Shown here: one piece after another, positions 42,580 through 51,769 of the stretch
Layout: the number at the start of each line of letters is the position of its first letter
Numbering within the stretch: the stretch's first letter is position 1
From: a virus
Direction: 5' to 3' (one strand)
Virus record (IMG/VR): IMGVR_UViG_3300034272_001354
Span: 12,983-76,982 of that record
Length of the DNA stretch: 64,000 bases
Made by a program: the position numbers and the translations under genes
The notes under the pieces: generated by a model
Told to the model about the DNA's origin: nothing
The model's database searches: none
The model's input: the letters and a program-made list of their open reading frames with translations, nothing else

Positions 42580-42822
42580 TTATACTTTTTTGTATTTGAA
42601 TTTTTTAGATATATCTGTGGTGAAGTATTTTCCTTGAGATTCCGCCAATCTAAATTTGGTATAAACATTATGAGGTACATCTTCATATTCATATTTAGCC
42701 CCATTTTTAAATTCAGCAATCATTTTTTTTGTAGTAGTATCGTATTCAGTTCTTACGATGTTTGTTGACTCAATCTCATTGATGATTTTAGTCCCGTCTA
42801 TTATTTCTTTTTTTATCGCCAT
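42580..42822 (-). CDS. KTSC-domain protein
   Basis: ESTNI..EYD....FKNGAKYEYEDVP..VY..F..AESQGKYF. Confidence 0.85.
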   Translation of the reverse strand: MAIKKEIIDGTKIINEIESTNIVRTEYDTTTKKMIAEFKNGAKYEYEDVPHNVYTKFRLAESQGKYFTTDISKKFKYKKV

Positions 42823-43120
42823 TATCTAAAGGTGTTTTTAAGTCGATTATTTTTAGTTTATCCATAAGATAATCACTAAACTCATTATGGTCAACATCAC
42901 CGAAAAAACTTTTTATTTCAAAAAACACTTCATTTCTTAAATCTGAAAATTTTTGAAAATTTCTCATTATATCAGTCGGATAATATGGGGGACTTTTCAA
43001 ATCTTCTTCGGTCCACCCCTCACGTTTAAACGCCTTACGTAAATTGTAATAAGTTTGAGACAACTCATTATCAACACCTAACGTGTCAATATATTTCATC
43101 CAATGTTTTTTATGTTCCAT
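42788..43120 (-). CDS. hypothetical protein
   Basis: 110-aa ORF with late motif 3 nt upstream. Confidence 0.6.
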   Translation of the reverse strand: MEHKKHWMKYIDTLGVDNELSQTYYNLRKAFKREGWTEEDLKSPPYYPTDIMRNFQKFSDLRNEVFFEIKSFFGDVDHNEFSDYLMDKLKIIDLKTPLDNGDKKRNNRRD

Positions 43121-43232
43121 TTCAATAAATATAATTTAAATTTGTTTTGTCCATTCAAATATTTGCATTACTTTTGTTCCAATCATTTGAAAAAGTGAAA
43201 ATAACCCTTATACTTAAATAAAACAATTAATT

Positions 43233-45278
43233 ATGACAGAATCTATGGATGGTGGAAGTAACGGTGGAAATAAAGCAGTTAAAACTGATTCATCAACTCC
43301 CGTATTAGACAATTTTAGTAGAGATTTAATAAAACTTGCCGAAGAGGGTAAACTTGACCCGGTGGTTGGTAGAGAAAGAGAAATCACTCGAATTGCACAA
43401 ATCCTTTCACGTAGAAAGAAAAATAACCCAATTATTATTGGTGAACCTGGTTGTGGTAAAACCGCAATTGTTGAAGGTCTTGCCATTATGATTTATAATG
43501 GGGATTGTCCAAGAAACTTAATGGACAAAAGAATTGTGTCATTAGATATGACATCAATTGTTGCGGGAACAAAATATCGTGGACAATTTGAAGAAAGAAT
43601 GAAAGTCATTATCGAAGAACTTCAAAACGAACCAAACATCATTGTATTCATTGACGAAATCCACACAATCGTTGGAGCAGGTAATTCATCAGGTTCAATG
43701 GACGCGTCGAATATCTTCAAACCAGCACTTGCTCGTGGAGAGATTCAATGTGTTGGGGCAACCACTTTGGATGAATACAGAAAAAACTTTGAGAAAGACG
43801 GAGCGTTAGAAAGACGTTTCCAAAAAGTTGTTGTGGATGCTGCAACCAAAGAAGAGACATTAATCATCCTTAAAAATGTAAAAGACAAATACGAGAACTA
43901 CCACAAGGTAACTTATACTGATGAAGTATTGTCTGTATGTGTTGATTTAGCAGACCGTTATATCACAGATAGAGAATTCCCGGACAAAGGATTCGACATT
44001 ATTGATGAGGTTGGAGCGAGAAGTCAGGTAGATGTGAAAATGCCAGATTCAATTGAAAAATTGAAACTTCAAGCGTCAAACATTAAACAAGAAAAAATTG
44101 ATGTAGTAAAACAACAACGATACGAGGAGGCGGCAAACCTACGTGATAAAGAAAAACGTATCTTAACCAAACTTGAAGCTGAAAAGAAAAAGTTTGAAGA
44201 AGAACTTCTTACACACAAAAAAGAAATCACTTTGGATTTAGTTTATGAAGTGGTTTCCAATATGACAAAAATTCCAGTTACCAAATTAAATGCTGATGAA
44301 ACCAAACTATTGTCAGAGATGGAAACAAATCTATCTGATAAAGTTATTGGACAATCTGAAGCAGTTTCAAAGATTGCAAAATCAATCCGTAGAAACAGAA
44401 TTGGTATTAAAGACCCGAACAAACCAATCGGTTCATTCATCTTTTTAGGTTCAACAGGTGTTGGTAAAACATACTTGGCAAAACAACTAGCGAAACAAAT
44501 GTTCGGTAGCGAAGATAATATGATTCGTGTGGATATGTCCGAGTACCAAGAAAAACACACCATTTCAAGATTAATTGGAGCACCTCCGGGATACGTTGGA
44601 TACGATGAAGGTGGACAATTAACCGAACAAGTGAAAAACAAACCTTATTCTGTAATTCTATTTGATGAAATTGAGAAAGCAAACAAAGATATCTTTTCAA
44701 CACTTCTTCAAGTATTAGACGATGGTCACCTTACCGATGGTATGGGGAGAAAGATTAACTTCAAAAATTGTGTCATCATTATGACATCAAATGTTGGAGC
44801 TAAAAAATTACAAGATTTTGGTTCAGGGGTTGGTTTTAAAACAGGAGCTAGTTCTTATGTAGAAGAAGAATACAAACGTGAGACACTTAAAAAAGAACTT
44901 AAGAAATTCTTTACTCCGGAATTCTTAAACAGAATTGATGAGGTTGTTATCTTTAACTCTTTGGTTAAAGAAGACGTTAAGAAAATCGTTAAATTGGAAT
45001 TGGACAAACTATCTAAAAGATTGGTTGGATTGAAATATAACATAACATTTGATGAAAGTATTTTAGAACTAATCTCTGAAGTTGGATTTGATGAAACCTA
45101 CGGGGCAAGACCAATCAAAAGAGCTATCCAAGATAAGATTGAGGATTTTGTATCTGAAGAGATTATCAAAGGAAATATGGTGGAGGGTGTTCCATACACC
45201 CTTGTATCCGTAGAGAAAGAAGTGGTGGTCAAAACAGAACCTACCAAAAAGACAAGAAAGAAAAAAGAGGACAATTAG
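43233..45278 (+). CDS. clpC: ClpC-like AAA+ unfoldase lacking the N-domain
   Basis: Two NBDs ([14 protein letters not shown]; [15 protein letters not shown]), short UVR-type M-domain, VGF ClpP-binding loop; TACTTTTG promoter at 43169. Confidence 0.85.
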   Translation: MTESMDGGSNGGNKAVKTDSSTPVLDNFSRDLIKLAEEGKLDPVVGREREITRIAQILSRRKKNNPIIIGEPGCGKTAIVEGLAIMIYNGDCPRNLMDKRIVSLDMTSIVAGTKYRGQFEERMKVIIEELQNEPNIIVFIDEIHTIVGAGNSSGSMDASNIFKPALARGEIQCVGATTLDEYRKNFEKDGALERRFQKVVVDAATKEETLIILKNVKDKYENYHKVTYTDEVLSVCVDLADRYITDREFPDKGFDIIDEVGARSQVDVKMPDSIEKLKLQASNIKQEKIDVVKQQRYEEAANLRDKEKRILTKLEAEKKKFEEELLTHKKEITLDLVYEVVSNMTKIPVTKLNADETKLLSEMETNLSDKVIGQSEAVSKIAKSIRRNRIGIKDPNKPIGSFIFLGSTGVGKTYLAKQLAKQMFGSEDNMIRVDMSEYQEKHTISRLIGAPPGYVGYDEGGQLTEQVKNKPYSVILFDEIEKANKDIFSTLLQVLDDGHLTDGMGRKINFKNCVIIMTSNVGAKKLQDFGSGVGFKTGASSYVEEEYKRETLKKELKKFFTPEFLNRIDEVVIFNSLVKEDVKKIVKLELDKLSKRLVGLKYNITFDESILELISEVGFDETYGARPIKRAIQDKIEDFVSEEIIKGNMVEGVPYTLVSVEKEVVVKTEPTKKTRKKKEDN

Positions 45279-45290
45279 TCCTCTTTTTTT
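45261..45290. terminator. bidirectional terminator
   Basis: AAAAAAGAGGAC-AATTA-GTCCTCTTTTTT. Confidence 0.75.
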
Positions 45291-45298
45291 ATATTAAA

Positions 45299-45721
45299 TT
45301 ATTTTTCAAAACTCATAAGAAACCTTTCAAATTCTTGTAAAATATTAGGTTTTGACAATAAAGGAAACTTTTTAGGTTCAATTGCTAATCCCATTCCGTG
45401 AATTTTATCTTTAGTTCCTACCTGACTAGGTTCTTTAACTTTTTTGGTTTTAACAATAGCATAATCAGGATTAAAAGTAACAAATAACGTTAATTTTTTT
45501 TCAGGTATATTTTTCATAAATTTTAATTCAGAACCCCCTGTTTCTATCGAATAATTAAGTTTTCTCAAAACTGAGTCTAACATTTGAGGTGTTACCTTTT
45601 TTTCTTTTTTAGGAGTAGGAGTTGGTACTCCCTGTTCAGAAATTACATTTTTTTTACCTGAGTGCATCTCAAGGATTCTATTTTTCTCATCTTGAGAAAT
45701 GTCATTAAATAAATTTTTCAT
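45299..45721 (-). CDS. hypothetical protein with MKNLF..IS..EKNRIL leader
   Basis: Same N-terminal leader as 24411..25541. Confidence 0.7.
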   Translation of the reverse strand: MKNLFNDISQDEKNRILEMHSGKKNVISEQGVPTPTPKKEKKVTPQMLDSVLRKLNYSIETGGSELKFMKNIPEKKLTLFVTFNPDYAIVKTKKVKEPSQVGTKDKIHGMGLAIEPKKFPLLSKPNILQEFERFLMSFEK

Positions 45722-45784
45722 ATCGTTATCTTTTTATTATAAATATATCGAAAAAAAAAGAGAACATTAAGTCCTCTTTTTTTA

Positions 45785-46606
45785 TTAAAACAATTTAAAA
45801 TATTTACTATCAACTTTAAACGGATACTTCTTATATCCTAACCCCTCAATCATCTTTTTACCGGTCTCTATTCCACTATAAACATCTTCGACAACAACAT
45901 ACTCATTTGGGGTGTGATAGTTGTAATAACCTATCGCAAAATTGATACAGGAGAAATCAAAGATATTCTTTAATGCGTAAACATCTGTATATGGGTGAGA
46001 TTGATAGTCATGTCTACCGTTAAACCCTTCGTTTAATGCTACATCACAAATTTTAAAAAATTCACTATCTCTTTCAAACAATTGTGTTCCCATACAATAT
46101 TCACTAACCATAACATTTCCCGGAGCATCAAACTGAATACCATAACCAACATTTAAAAAGAAATTTGGGTCGGCCTTTTTAGAACCATGACATCCGGTTT
46201 CTTCTGATACAAAGAATGCCGCTTTTAAATTTGGTAATTCTTTTAATAATTCCAAACAAGCAAAAACCCCACATTTATCGTCACCACCAATACCTGTTGG
46301 GTGTCCAAAATGATTATACGCTTTTAGGGATGGTTTTAAAACTTTTTGTTCGTTAGGTAATGTTTCCTCACGAATAATAATGTTATCCAAAGAGTGGACC
46401 GTGTCGGTATGAGCAATCACACAAGGGAAATATTCAATAAATTCATCGGTTTGTTTAACCGCATAAATATTATTATGCTCATCCATATTAAATGGAATCC
46501 CATTGTCTTCTAACCATTTGATTAGAAACTCAACCATAAGGTCTTCTTGATATGTTTTTGTCGGAACTGACAAAACTTCTTTTAATAATTCATAATCTCT
46601 ATCCAT
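45785..46606 (-). CDS. M20/M28-family zinc peptidase-like protein
   Basis: AHTDTV, GGDDKCG, SEETGC, YHTPNE. Confidence 0.8.
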   Translation of the reverse strand: MDRDYELLKEVLSVPTKTYQEDLMVEFLIKWLEDNGIPFNMDEHNNIYAVKQTDEFIEYFPCVIAHTDTVHSLDNIIIREETLPNEQKVLKPSLKAYNHFGHPTGIGGDDKCGVFACLELLKELPNLKAAFFVSEETGCHGSKKADPNFFLNVGYGIQFDAPGNVMVSEYCMGTQLFERDSEFFKICDVALNEGFNGRHDYQSHPYTDVYALKNIFDFSCINFAIGYYNYHTPNEYVVVEDVYSGIETGKKMIEGLGYKKYPFKVDSKYFKLF

Positions 46607-46648
46607 TCAACAAAGATAATATAAAATATGACAATATTAAAGATTTTA

Positions 46649-48016
46649 TTAGTTTATTCTAATAAACCCTTCAAATAACTCGGGAGAAACTAAAAAGTTA
46701 TTAAATTCTTCTTCGGTGTAACTTCTATCTTCCAATCCACCACCATCTTTTTTAAACACTTGAACAACAATTTTATTTGTTGCCGGGTCGATTTTTCTAA
46801 TAAAAAACTCTCTACCTGATTTAGTTTCATATCTGTTGTTAAGATGATAATTTTTAGTAATTCTATTGAATATATTAGAGTATTCATAAACATCAATAAA
46901 TTCATCAGAATCTTCTATTTTTTCAAAGATTTTATCAAGTTGTCTTTCCACAGATTCATTGAATGATTTTTCATCAAAGCTGACACTATCAATTTCCCAC
47001 CTATTCTCATCCCATCCGCCAATATTACTATCTCTATGACCAATATTTTTTAACACTTCTCGTAAAGATAATGTTTTATCTCCAACGTTGTTATATAAAG
47101 ATAATAATATACTCACAGTGGTGTAATACTGTCTAAAACAATCTTGTCTAATTAAACCATAATTAGAAAAATAATCACACACGTCACCCTCAATCCATTC
47201 TTTGGCACCATTATTTCTACTAGCATTTTCTTCGTCAGTCCAATCAGTAATAATGTAATCAACCTCATTTGGAAACATTTTCTCTAATAATTTACTAGAT
47301 TGTTCTTTGTCTTCATCAGTATCTAATTTAGCGGTAGATGGACTAATAAGTCGAAGTATTTGTTTTAATTTAGTTAAATTGTCATCTGAAAATTGATATA
47401 AAAGATATCCTTCATTCCATTCATTATATCCGTGGTCATAATCAATAAAATTGGCTCCATCATAATAAGAATAAACCGATTCCGCAAAAGGAATATCGTA
47501 TTCGTCAATATCAAATAATTTTAAATAATCCTCCATATCATCAAACTGAAGTTTAACCATACTTTTAGTTGGATTTTTCTCATTATATATGAACTTCCAA
47601 ACAAGGTCGTCAGCTCTTTGCATTTGATTAGACGTTACTTTTTCTCCGTTTTTAACATCCAATAGTAATTTGTAAACATCTGATTGACCCACAATATTAT
47701 CAACAACGGATTTAACCTCATCCGGTAAATCGGATTCAAATTCACTTCTATTTAATTCTCTGTGTCTGGTTGCTTCACCACCATAATATTCTATTTTATT
47801 ATCTTGTGTTTTATGAATAACTGATGTTTGAATTGGTTCCTTATTTTTATCTATAATAAAATAAGTGTCCCCCTCTTTAAATTGATTCCATCTGTCTTTA
47901 TAGTTTTCCGGTGCGTAATAAACAAAGGAATCGTAGTCCAATGGGTCTACAACCATCCAATCTTCATTATCTAATAATATATTTTTCATCCCGTGAAAAT
48001 CCTTTGTGTCAGGCAT
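46649..48016 (-). CDS. hypothetical protein
   Basis: 455-aa acidic ORF with late motif upstream. Confidence 0.7.
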   Translation of the reverse strand: MPDTKDFHGMKNILLDNEDWMVVDPLDYDSFVYYAPENYKDRWNQFKEGDTYFIIDKNKEPIQTSVIHKTQDNKIEYYGGEATRHRELNRSEFESDLPDEVKSVVDNIVGQSDVYKLLLDVKNGEKVTSNQMQRADDLVWKFIYNEKNPTKSMVKLQFDDMEDYLKLFDIDEYDIPFAESVYSYYDGANFIDYDHGYNEWNEGYLLYQFSDDNLTKLKQILRLISPSTAKLDTDEDKEQSSKLLEKMFPNEVDYIITDWTDEENASRNNGAKEWIEGDVCDYFSNYGLIRQDCFRQYYTTVSILLSLYNNVGDKTLSLREVLKNIGHRDSNIGGWDENRWEIDSVSFDEKSFNESVERQLDKIFEKIEDSDEFIDVYEYSNIFNRITKNYHLNNRYETKSGREFFIRKIDPATNKIVVQVFKKDGGGLEDRSYTEEEFNNFLVSPELFEGFIRIN

Positions 48017-48071
48017 TGATATTTATTTTAATAATAAATATAATTTTATTTGGATTTATCCAAAAATGTAT

Positions 48072-48079
48072 TATCTTTG
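48072..48079 (+). promoter_or_regulatory. Bacteroidota sigma70 -7 element for tmRNA
   Basis: TATCTTTG with upstream TTTG. Confidence 0.7.
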
Positions 48080-48093
48080 TGGTATCAAAATAT

Positions 48094-48489
48094 GGGGGTA
48101 AAATGGTATTGACTGGCATATCTACTTATTTGGGGCACGTAGTGAGAAGTTTCCTATCACTTAAATCTATGGATGACAAAATTATAAATGGCAACATTTT
48201 AAACAAAATGGCTCTAGTAGGTCTTGTACGTCAAGACGAGCTTGTGAACGTAGCGTAAGCAAACACACATTCGGGCCGGTGAGCATTACGCCTAGGAACA
48301 GAAGCTTTTACAAAGGTGTGGTACCTATCCGAAAAGGTACAAGTGGAGGATTAGTTCTCAATAAACCGAACCACTCAAAAATAAGGGAATTGTGAAATTT
48401 CGGATTGTTAGCTTAAACAATGTCCTAAACGTGTAGTCCTGAACACTTAGGGTGAGCAACACGAGGCTTCGAAGCCTCTACCTCCACCA
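48094..48489 (+). ncRNA. ssrA: tmRNA
   Basis: 5' GGGGGTA pairs with 3' TACCTCC-A-CCA, giving G3.U70; T-arm GAGGC-TTCGAA-GCCTC; internal tag ORF 48190-48258; smpB nearby; terminator at about 48494-48520. Confidence 0.92.
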
Positions 48490-48545
48490 AAAGAAAAACC
48501 CATCATTACGATGGGTTTTTTTATTATCAGTTCAATGTTTATTTT

Positions 48546-48878
48546 TTAATCTTGTAATAAATCCTTTTTACTCGGATTCAATTTATTCGTTAATTTATCT
48601 AATCTTGAATCAACAAATCTATATATTTCGTCAATATGAGTCGTAATATGTCTATTCGTTGTTTCATTTAATTTATTTGTTCTATCAATCTCACCATCAA
48701 TACGACGGTTAATCATTTGGTCTACCTCATCTATTCTTAAATAAATATTATTTATTATTTCTTGTTGAGTTCTAACCAATCCTTTTAATTTTTTGATGTT
48801 TGAATACATCCTAACCACAACTATAACCCCCAGTATCCCGAGAACCATAACCATACCTAAAAACATTCCTATAATCAT
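48546..48878 (-). CDS. membrane-anchored coiled-coil protein
   Basis: Hydrophobic N-terminal helix followed by heptad-like repeats. Confidence 0.6.
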   Translation of the reverse strand: MIIGMFLGMVMVLGILGVIVVVRMYSNIKKLKGLVRTQQEIINNIYLRIDEVDQMINRRIDGEIDRTNKLNETTNRHITTHIDEIYRFVDSRLDKLTNKLNPSKKDLLQD

Positions 48879-48923
48879 AATTTCTGTGTTTTATTTATTT
48901 GTTTATTTGAACTGATAATTTTA

Positions 48924-49316
48924 TTACATTTTAACTTCTTGGTGACCCCCACCCCATAAATAACCATCACCATAATTTGTACAAATTTCTTCACCGGGTT
49001 GGATTGTTTGTAAAGCATAAAATTGGAATGCTCTTTTTGTTGGATGATTTCTCCACATAGCATTATTTGTATCTGAATGATTATATATACACCCATAACC
49101 TAATGGAATCACATATTCTTCCCAATTTGGTCCTTGAGGATAACAAAATCTATAATCATCAAGTAGTTTTGATTTTTCCCATTTTTTTGTGGGTAATTTT
49201 ACTAAATGACATTCTTCAATTACCTCATCTTTTTGAATAACGTCAATAGCAAAGACCCCCATTCCTTTTCCTGGTGAGGGTTTAATTTCTATTTTAGTAG
49301 GTATTAATAAATTCAT
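48924..49316 (-). CDS. SET-domain protein (lysine methyltransferase fold)
   Basis: GMGVFA, IYNHSDTNN, GEEICTNYG. Confidence 0.85.
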   Translation of the reverse strand: MNLLIPTKIEIKPSPGKGMGVFAIDVIQKDEVIEECHLVKLPTKKWEKSKLLDDYRFCYPQGPNWEEYVIPLGYGCIYNHSDTNNAMWRNHPTKRAFQFYALQTIQPGEEICTNYGDGYLWGGGHQEVKM

Positions 49317-49341
49317 AATTTAATTATAATAAAAAAAGGAA

Positions 49342-49779
49342 CTATTTCAAGTCCCTTTTCATATCTCTTTCAATATCCCGAGATTTAATACTATCTCGTT
49401 TATCGTGGAGTTTTTTTCCTTTGGCGAGAGCAATCTCCATCTTAACCAATCCGGTGTCATTTATGAAGACACGATAAGGAATGATGGTTGTCCCGTTTAT
49501 TAACTCACGTTCCAACTTATTTAGTTCTTTTTTCTTGGCCAATAGTTTTCTATCTTTAACTGTTTCATGGAATGACCCATAACCATAATCGGAGATGTTC
49601 ATTCCCTTTATAAACAATTCCCCATCATTAAAATAACAATACCCTTCAGATATGGAGACCTTTCCTTGACGGATGGACTTCACCTCTGAACCAACTAATT
49701 TGATTCCCACAATTAGGGTTTCTAAGAATGAATACTCAAACTTGGCTTTCTTATTGACTATGTTAATTGATTTTTTCAT
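49342..49779 (-). CDS. smpB: SsrA-binding protein SmpB
   Basis: NKKAKFEY, GIKLVGSEVKSIR, RKLL, ALAKGKKLHDKR; start MKKSINIV at 49779. Confidence 0.95.
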   Translation of the reverse strand: MKKSINIVNKKAKFEYSFLETLIVGIKLVGSEVKSIRQGKVSISEGYCYFNDGELFIKGMNISDYGYGSFHETVKDRKLLAKKKELNKLERELINGTTIIPYRVFINDTGLVKMEIALAKGKKLHDKRDSIKSRDIERDMKRDLK

Positions 49780-49845
49780 AGGACAAAGATAATATAAAAA
49801 TTGGTATAAACAAAAAAAGGTGTCACATTTCTGTAACACCTTTTT

Positions 49846-50730
49846 GGCTAATACGATGAGAATACTCGTGTTATTAAGAATCTTCGGAAGGATTATTGTT
49901 TCCCTTCTTTTCCACCATCTTTTGAATGGTAATCCTCAGTGACAATTGGTTAGACCAATTACTCCTTGAGATATCATCTACTCTCTTATTATTCAACTCT
50001 CTTCAACCTTGCGGGCTGACTCCGGATTCGACTCCGTAGAGGTTTTTCGTAAGAATACATTCTGACTTGCGGTCATCCTGTGCAACGAACGGCTCGTTAC
50101 TATGTAGTCACCTTGTCGATGATACCTGACAGACACTTTTGCTTATGTATCTTTTTAGTTTTACTTAAAATGTCCTATAAGTTAATTGTGTTGTGGATGT
50201 GTCCAAGTAGAGGTCTGTCGTAAGCTTCGTTATCTTTTGAACAACAAAATACTAATCTACTCGGTAGAGTGTCCCCACTCTCATATTTTAAGATTACTTC
50301 AAACTGACATCTTGGTAGATGTTTCGTAAGGTTAGTAGCGACACCACTCGTTCTCTAACTTACCTTTCGGTTTTAAGTCCCCTTTGATATTGGAATCCGT
50401 AATTATAAGGTTGGATGACCCTATTTCTCACATAATCCCTATCGGTTATTCTTGTTGGTGTTCCCACCTCAACCTGACGACCCACATCGCCCGGTCACCC
50501 AACCACTTTCTCTAAAGCGTTGCCCTCAATACTGAAGGTCAGGTGATATCCGACTTGTATACTCGAGCTCCCTTTCAGAAGCCGCAGAACCAATAACACT
50601 AATGATTCCACTTTATCCCGGTTTCCCGGTTTATTTAAGGATGATATACCACCCATTATCGTTTCTTACATCACCGAAGTGTGTAATGGATAATCTAAAA
50701 TTTCTAAGAACGTTTAAGGTTTCCCTCAAT
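49846..50730 (-). ncRNA. large structured non-coding RNA, GOLLD-like
   Basis: About 880 nt with no ORF of 60 aa or more, GC-enriched, many GNRA/UUCG-capped hairpins; bounded by promoter 50738-50745 and terminator 49812-49845; next to tRNA-like genes. Confidence 0.65.
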
Positions 50731-50805
50731 TGTTTTACAAAGATAAGTGATTTTTTTCATTTGTCAAGCACTTTATAAAACTTTTTTTTAATTTTTTTTT
50801 ATTTG

Positions 50806-50896
50806 TGGTATCGGCGGGGTTCGAACCTGCGGCACAGAGTCTTTCGTTACTCTTGCTCTACCAAGGAAGATAAATCTTCCACTGAGCTACAATACC
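50806..50896 (-). ncRNA. tRNA-like RNA with D-loop hairpin insertion and 8-nt non-canonical anticodon loop
   Basis: Acceptor GGTATTG/CGATACC, D stem GCTC/GAGC, TTCGAAC T-loop; anticodon loop AACGAAAG. Confidence 0.65.
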
Positions 50897-50908
50897 ATGT
50901 AAAAAAAA

Positions 50909-50981
50909 TGTGGGTGTATGCTCTACCATCTGAGCTACGGATAAATCCGGAGGGATTTGAAACCTCGACACGACACCCACA
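50909..50981 (-). ncRNA. circularly permuted tRNA mimic (Y RNA/YrlA-like architecture)
   Basis: 9-bp terminal stem TGTGGGTGT/ACACCCACA, T-arm, loop-closed acceptor CGGA-TTTA-TCCG, D-arm GCTC-AGATGGTA-GAGC. Confidence 0.65.
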
Positions 50982-51072
50982 CTAATCTTTCAATATTTTT
51001 ATGAACTTTATTTCTTGTACAAAGATAAGACATTTATTTTTATCTGTCAAACTTTTTTTTAATTTTTTTTTG

Positions 51073-51174
51073 TAGTCAGGACAGGATTCGAACCTGTTCC
51101 GTCTTTACCATAAAGAGTCGGCCTTACCGTTACTCAACCTTGGGGAGGTGATACCAACCAATGGTCTCCTGACT
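51073..51174 (-). ncRNA. tRNA-like RNA with aberrant core
   Basis: Acceptor AGTCAGG/CCTGACT and T-arm ACAGG-TTCGAAT-CCTGT are intact; no canonical anticodon arm. Confidence 0.55.
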
Positions 51175-51329
51175 ATGTTTCGTTAATGTTAAAAACTGAT
51201 TCAATCCTCCTAAAAAACACTAACTTCCTACTTACTCTATTATAGGCTCGGCCGTCCTCTTTTAAATATAGTTTTACCTGAAACTTCTTTGGGTTGTTGA
51301 TTGACCACTCCCACTTACTCAAGTAGTTT

Positions 51330-51584
51330 TTAACAACTCATCATCCAACCCATTCGGTTTTGTGCTTGATACTGAGAATAAGTACATTTTCTCATGGACT
51401 TGTAATCAGGTCTCAACTTAACGTGAGTAGGATATTTCTTCTCGTGTTCCTTTTGTTCTCTCATTACACGAGCATACGCCTCTCTTTTACTTGGAGCCCA
51501 CACATCATTAAAACCACCACCAATCCAATTAAACAAATATAGGTATTCACCATTAACACTTCTATACAATTTCTCTTTAGTCAT
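51330..51584 (-). CDS. hypothetical protein
   Basis: 84-aa ORF with TATCTTTG promoter at 51606-51613. Confidence 0.65.
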   Translation of the reverse strand: MTKEKLYRSVNGEYLYLFNWIGGGFNDVWAPSKREAYARVMREQKEHEKKYPTHVKLRPDYKSMRKCTYSQYQAQNRMGWMMSC

Positions 51585-51769
51585 ATCTTATCCGTTTTGT
51601 GAGTACAAAGATAATACTTTTTTTCTTTCCACCAAACATTATCTAAAAATATTTTTAAAAATTTTTTACTATAACGATTAAGTGAATTTTTTTAATATAA
51701 TGTTTGACTTCGTGGTTTTAATAACCTATTTATTTAACGAACTTAAAATTTAATTAAAACAAAAGTATT

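Noticed and set aside
47911-48258. 115-aa + strand ORF
   Set aside because: It runs through the tmRNA promoter and 5' end; only its last 22 codons are the tmRNA tag frame
49846-50730. rRNA fragment, RNase P RNA or self-splicing intron
   Set aside because: No rRNA or RNase P signature recognised, and it has its own promoter and terminator instead of interrupting a gene; a covariance search is still needed
50803-50985. 60-aa ORF, and likewise 59497..59763, 60194..60448, 62057..62275
   Set aside because: They overlap tRNA or structured RNA elements and have atypical composition
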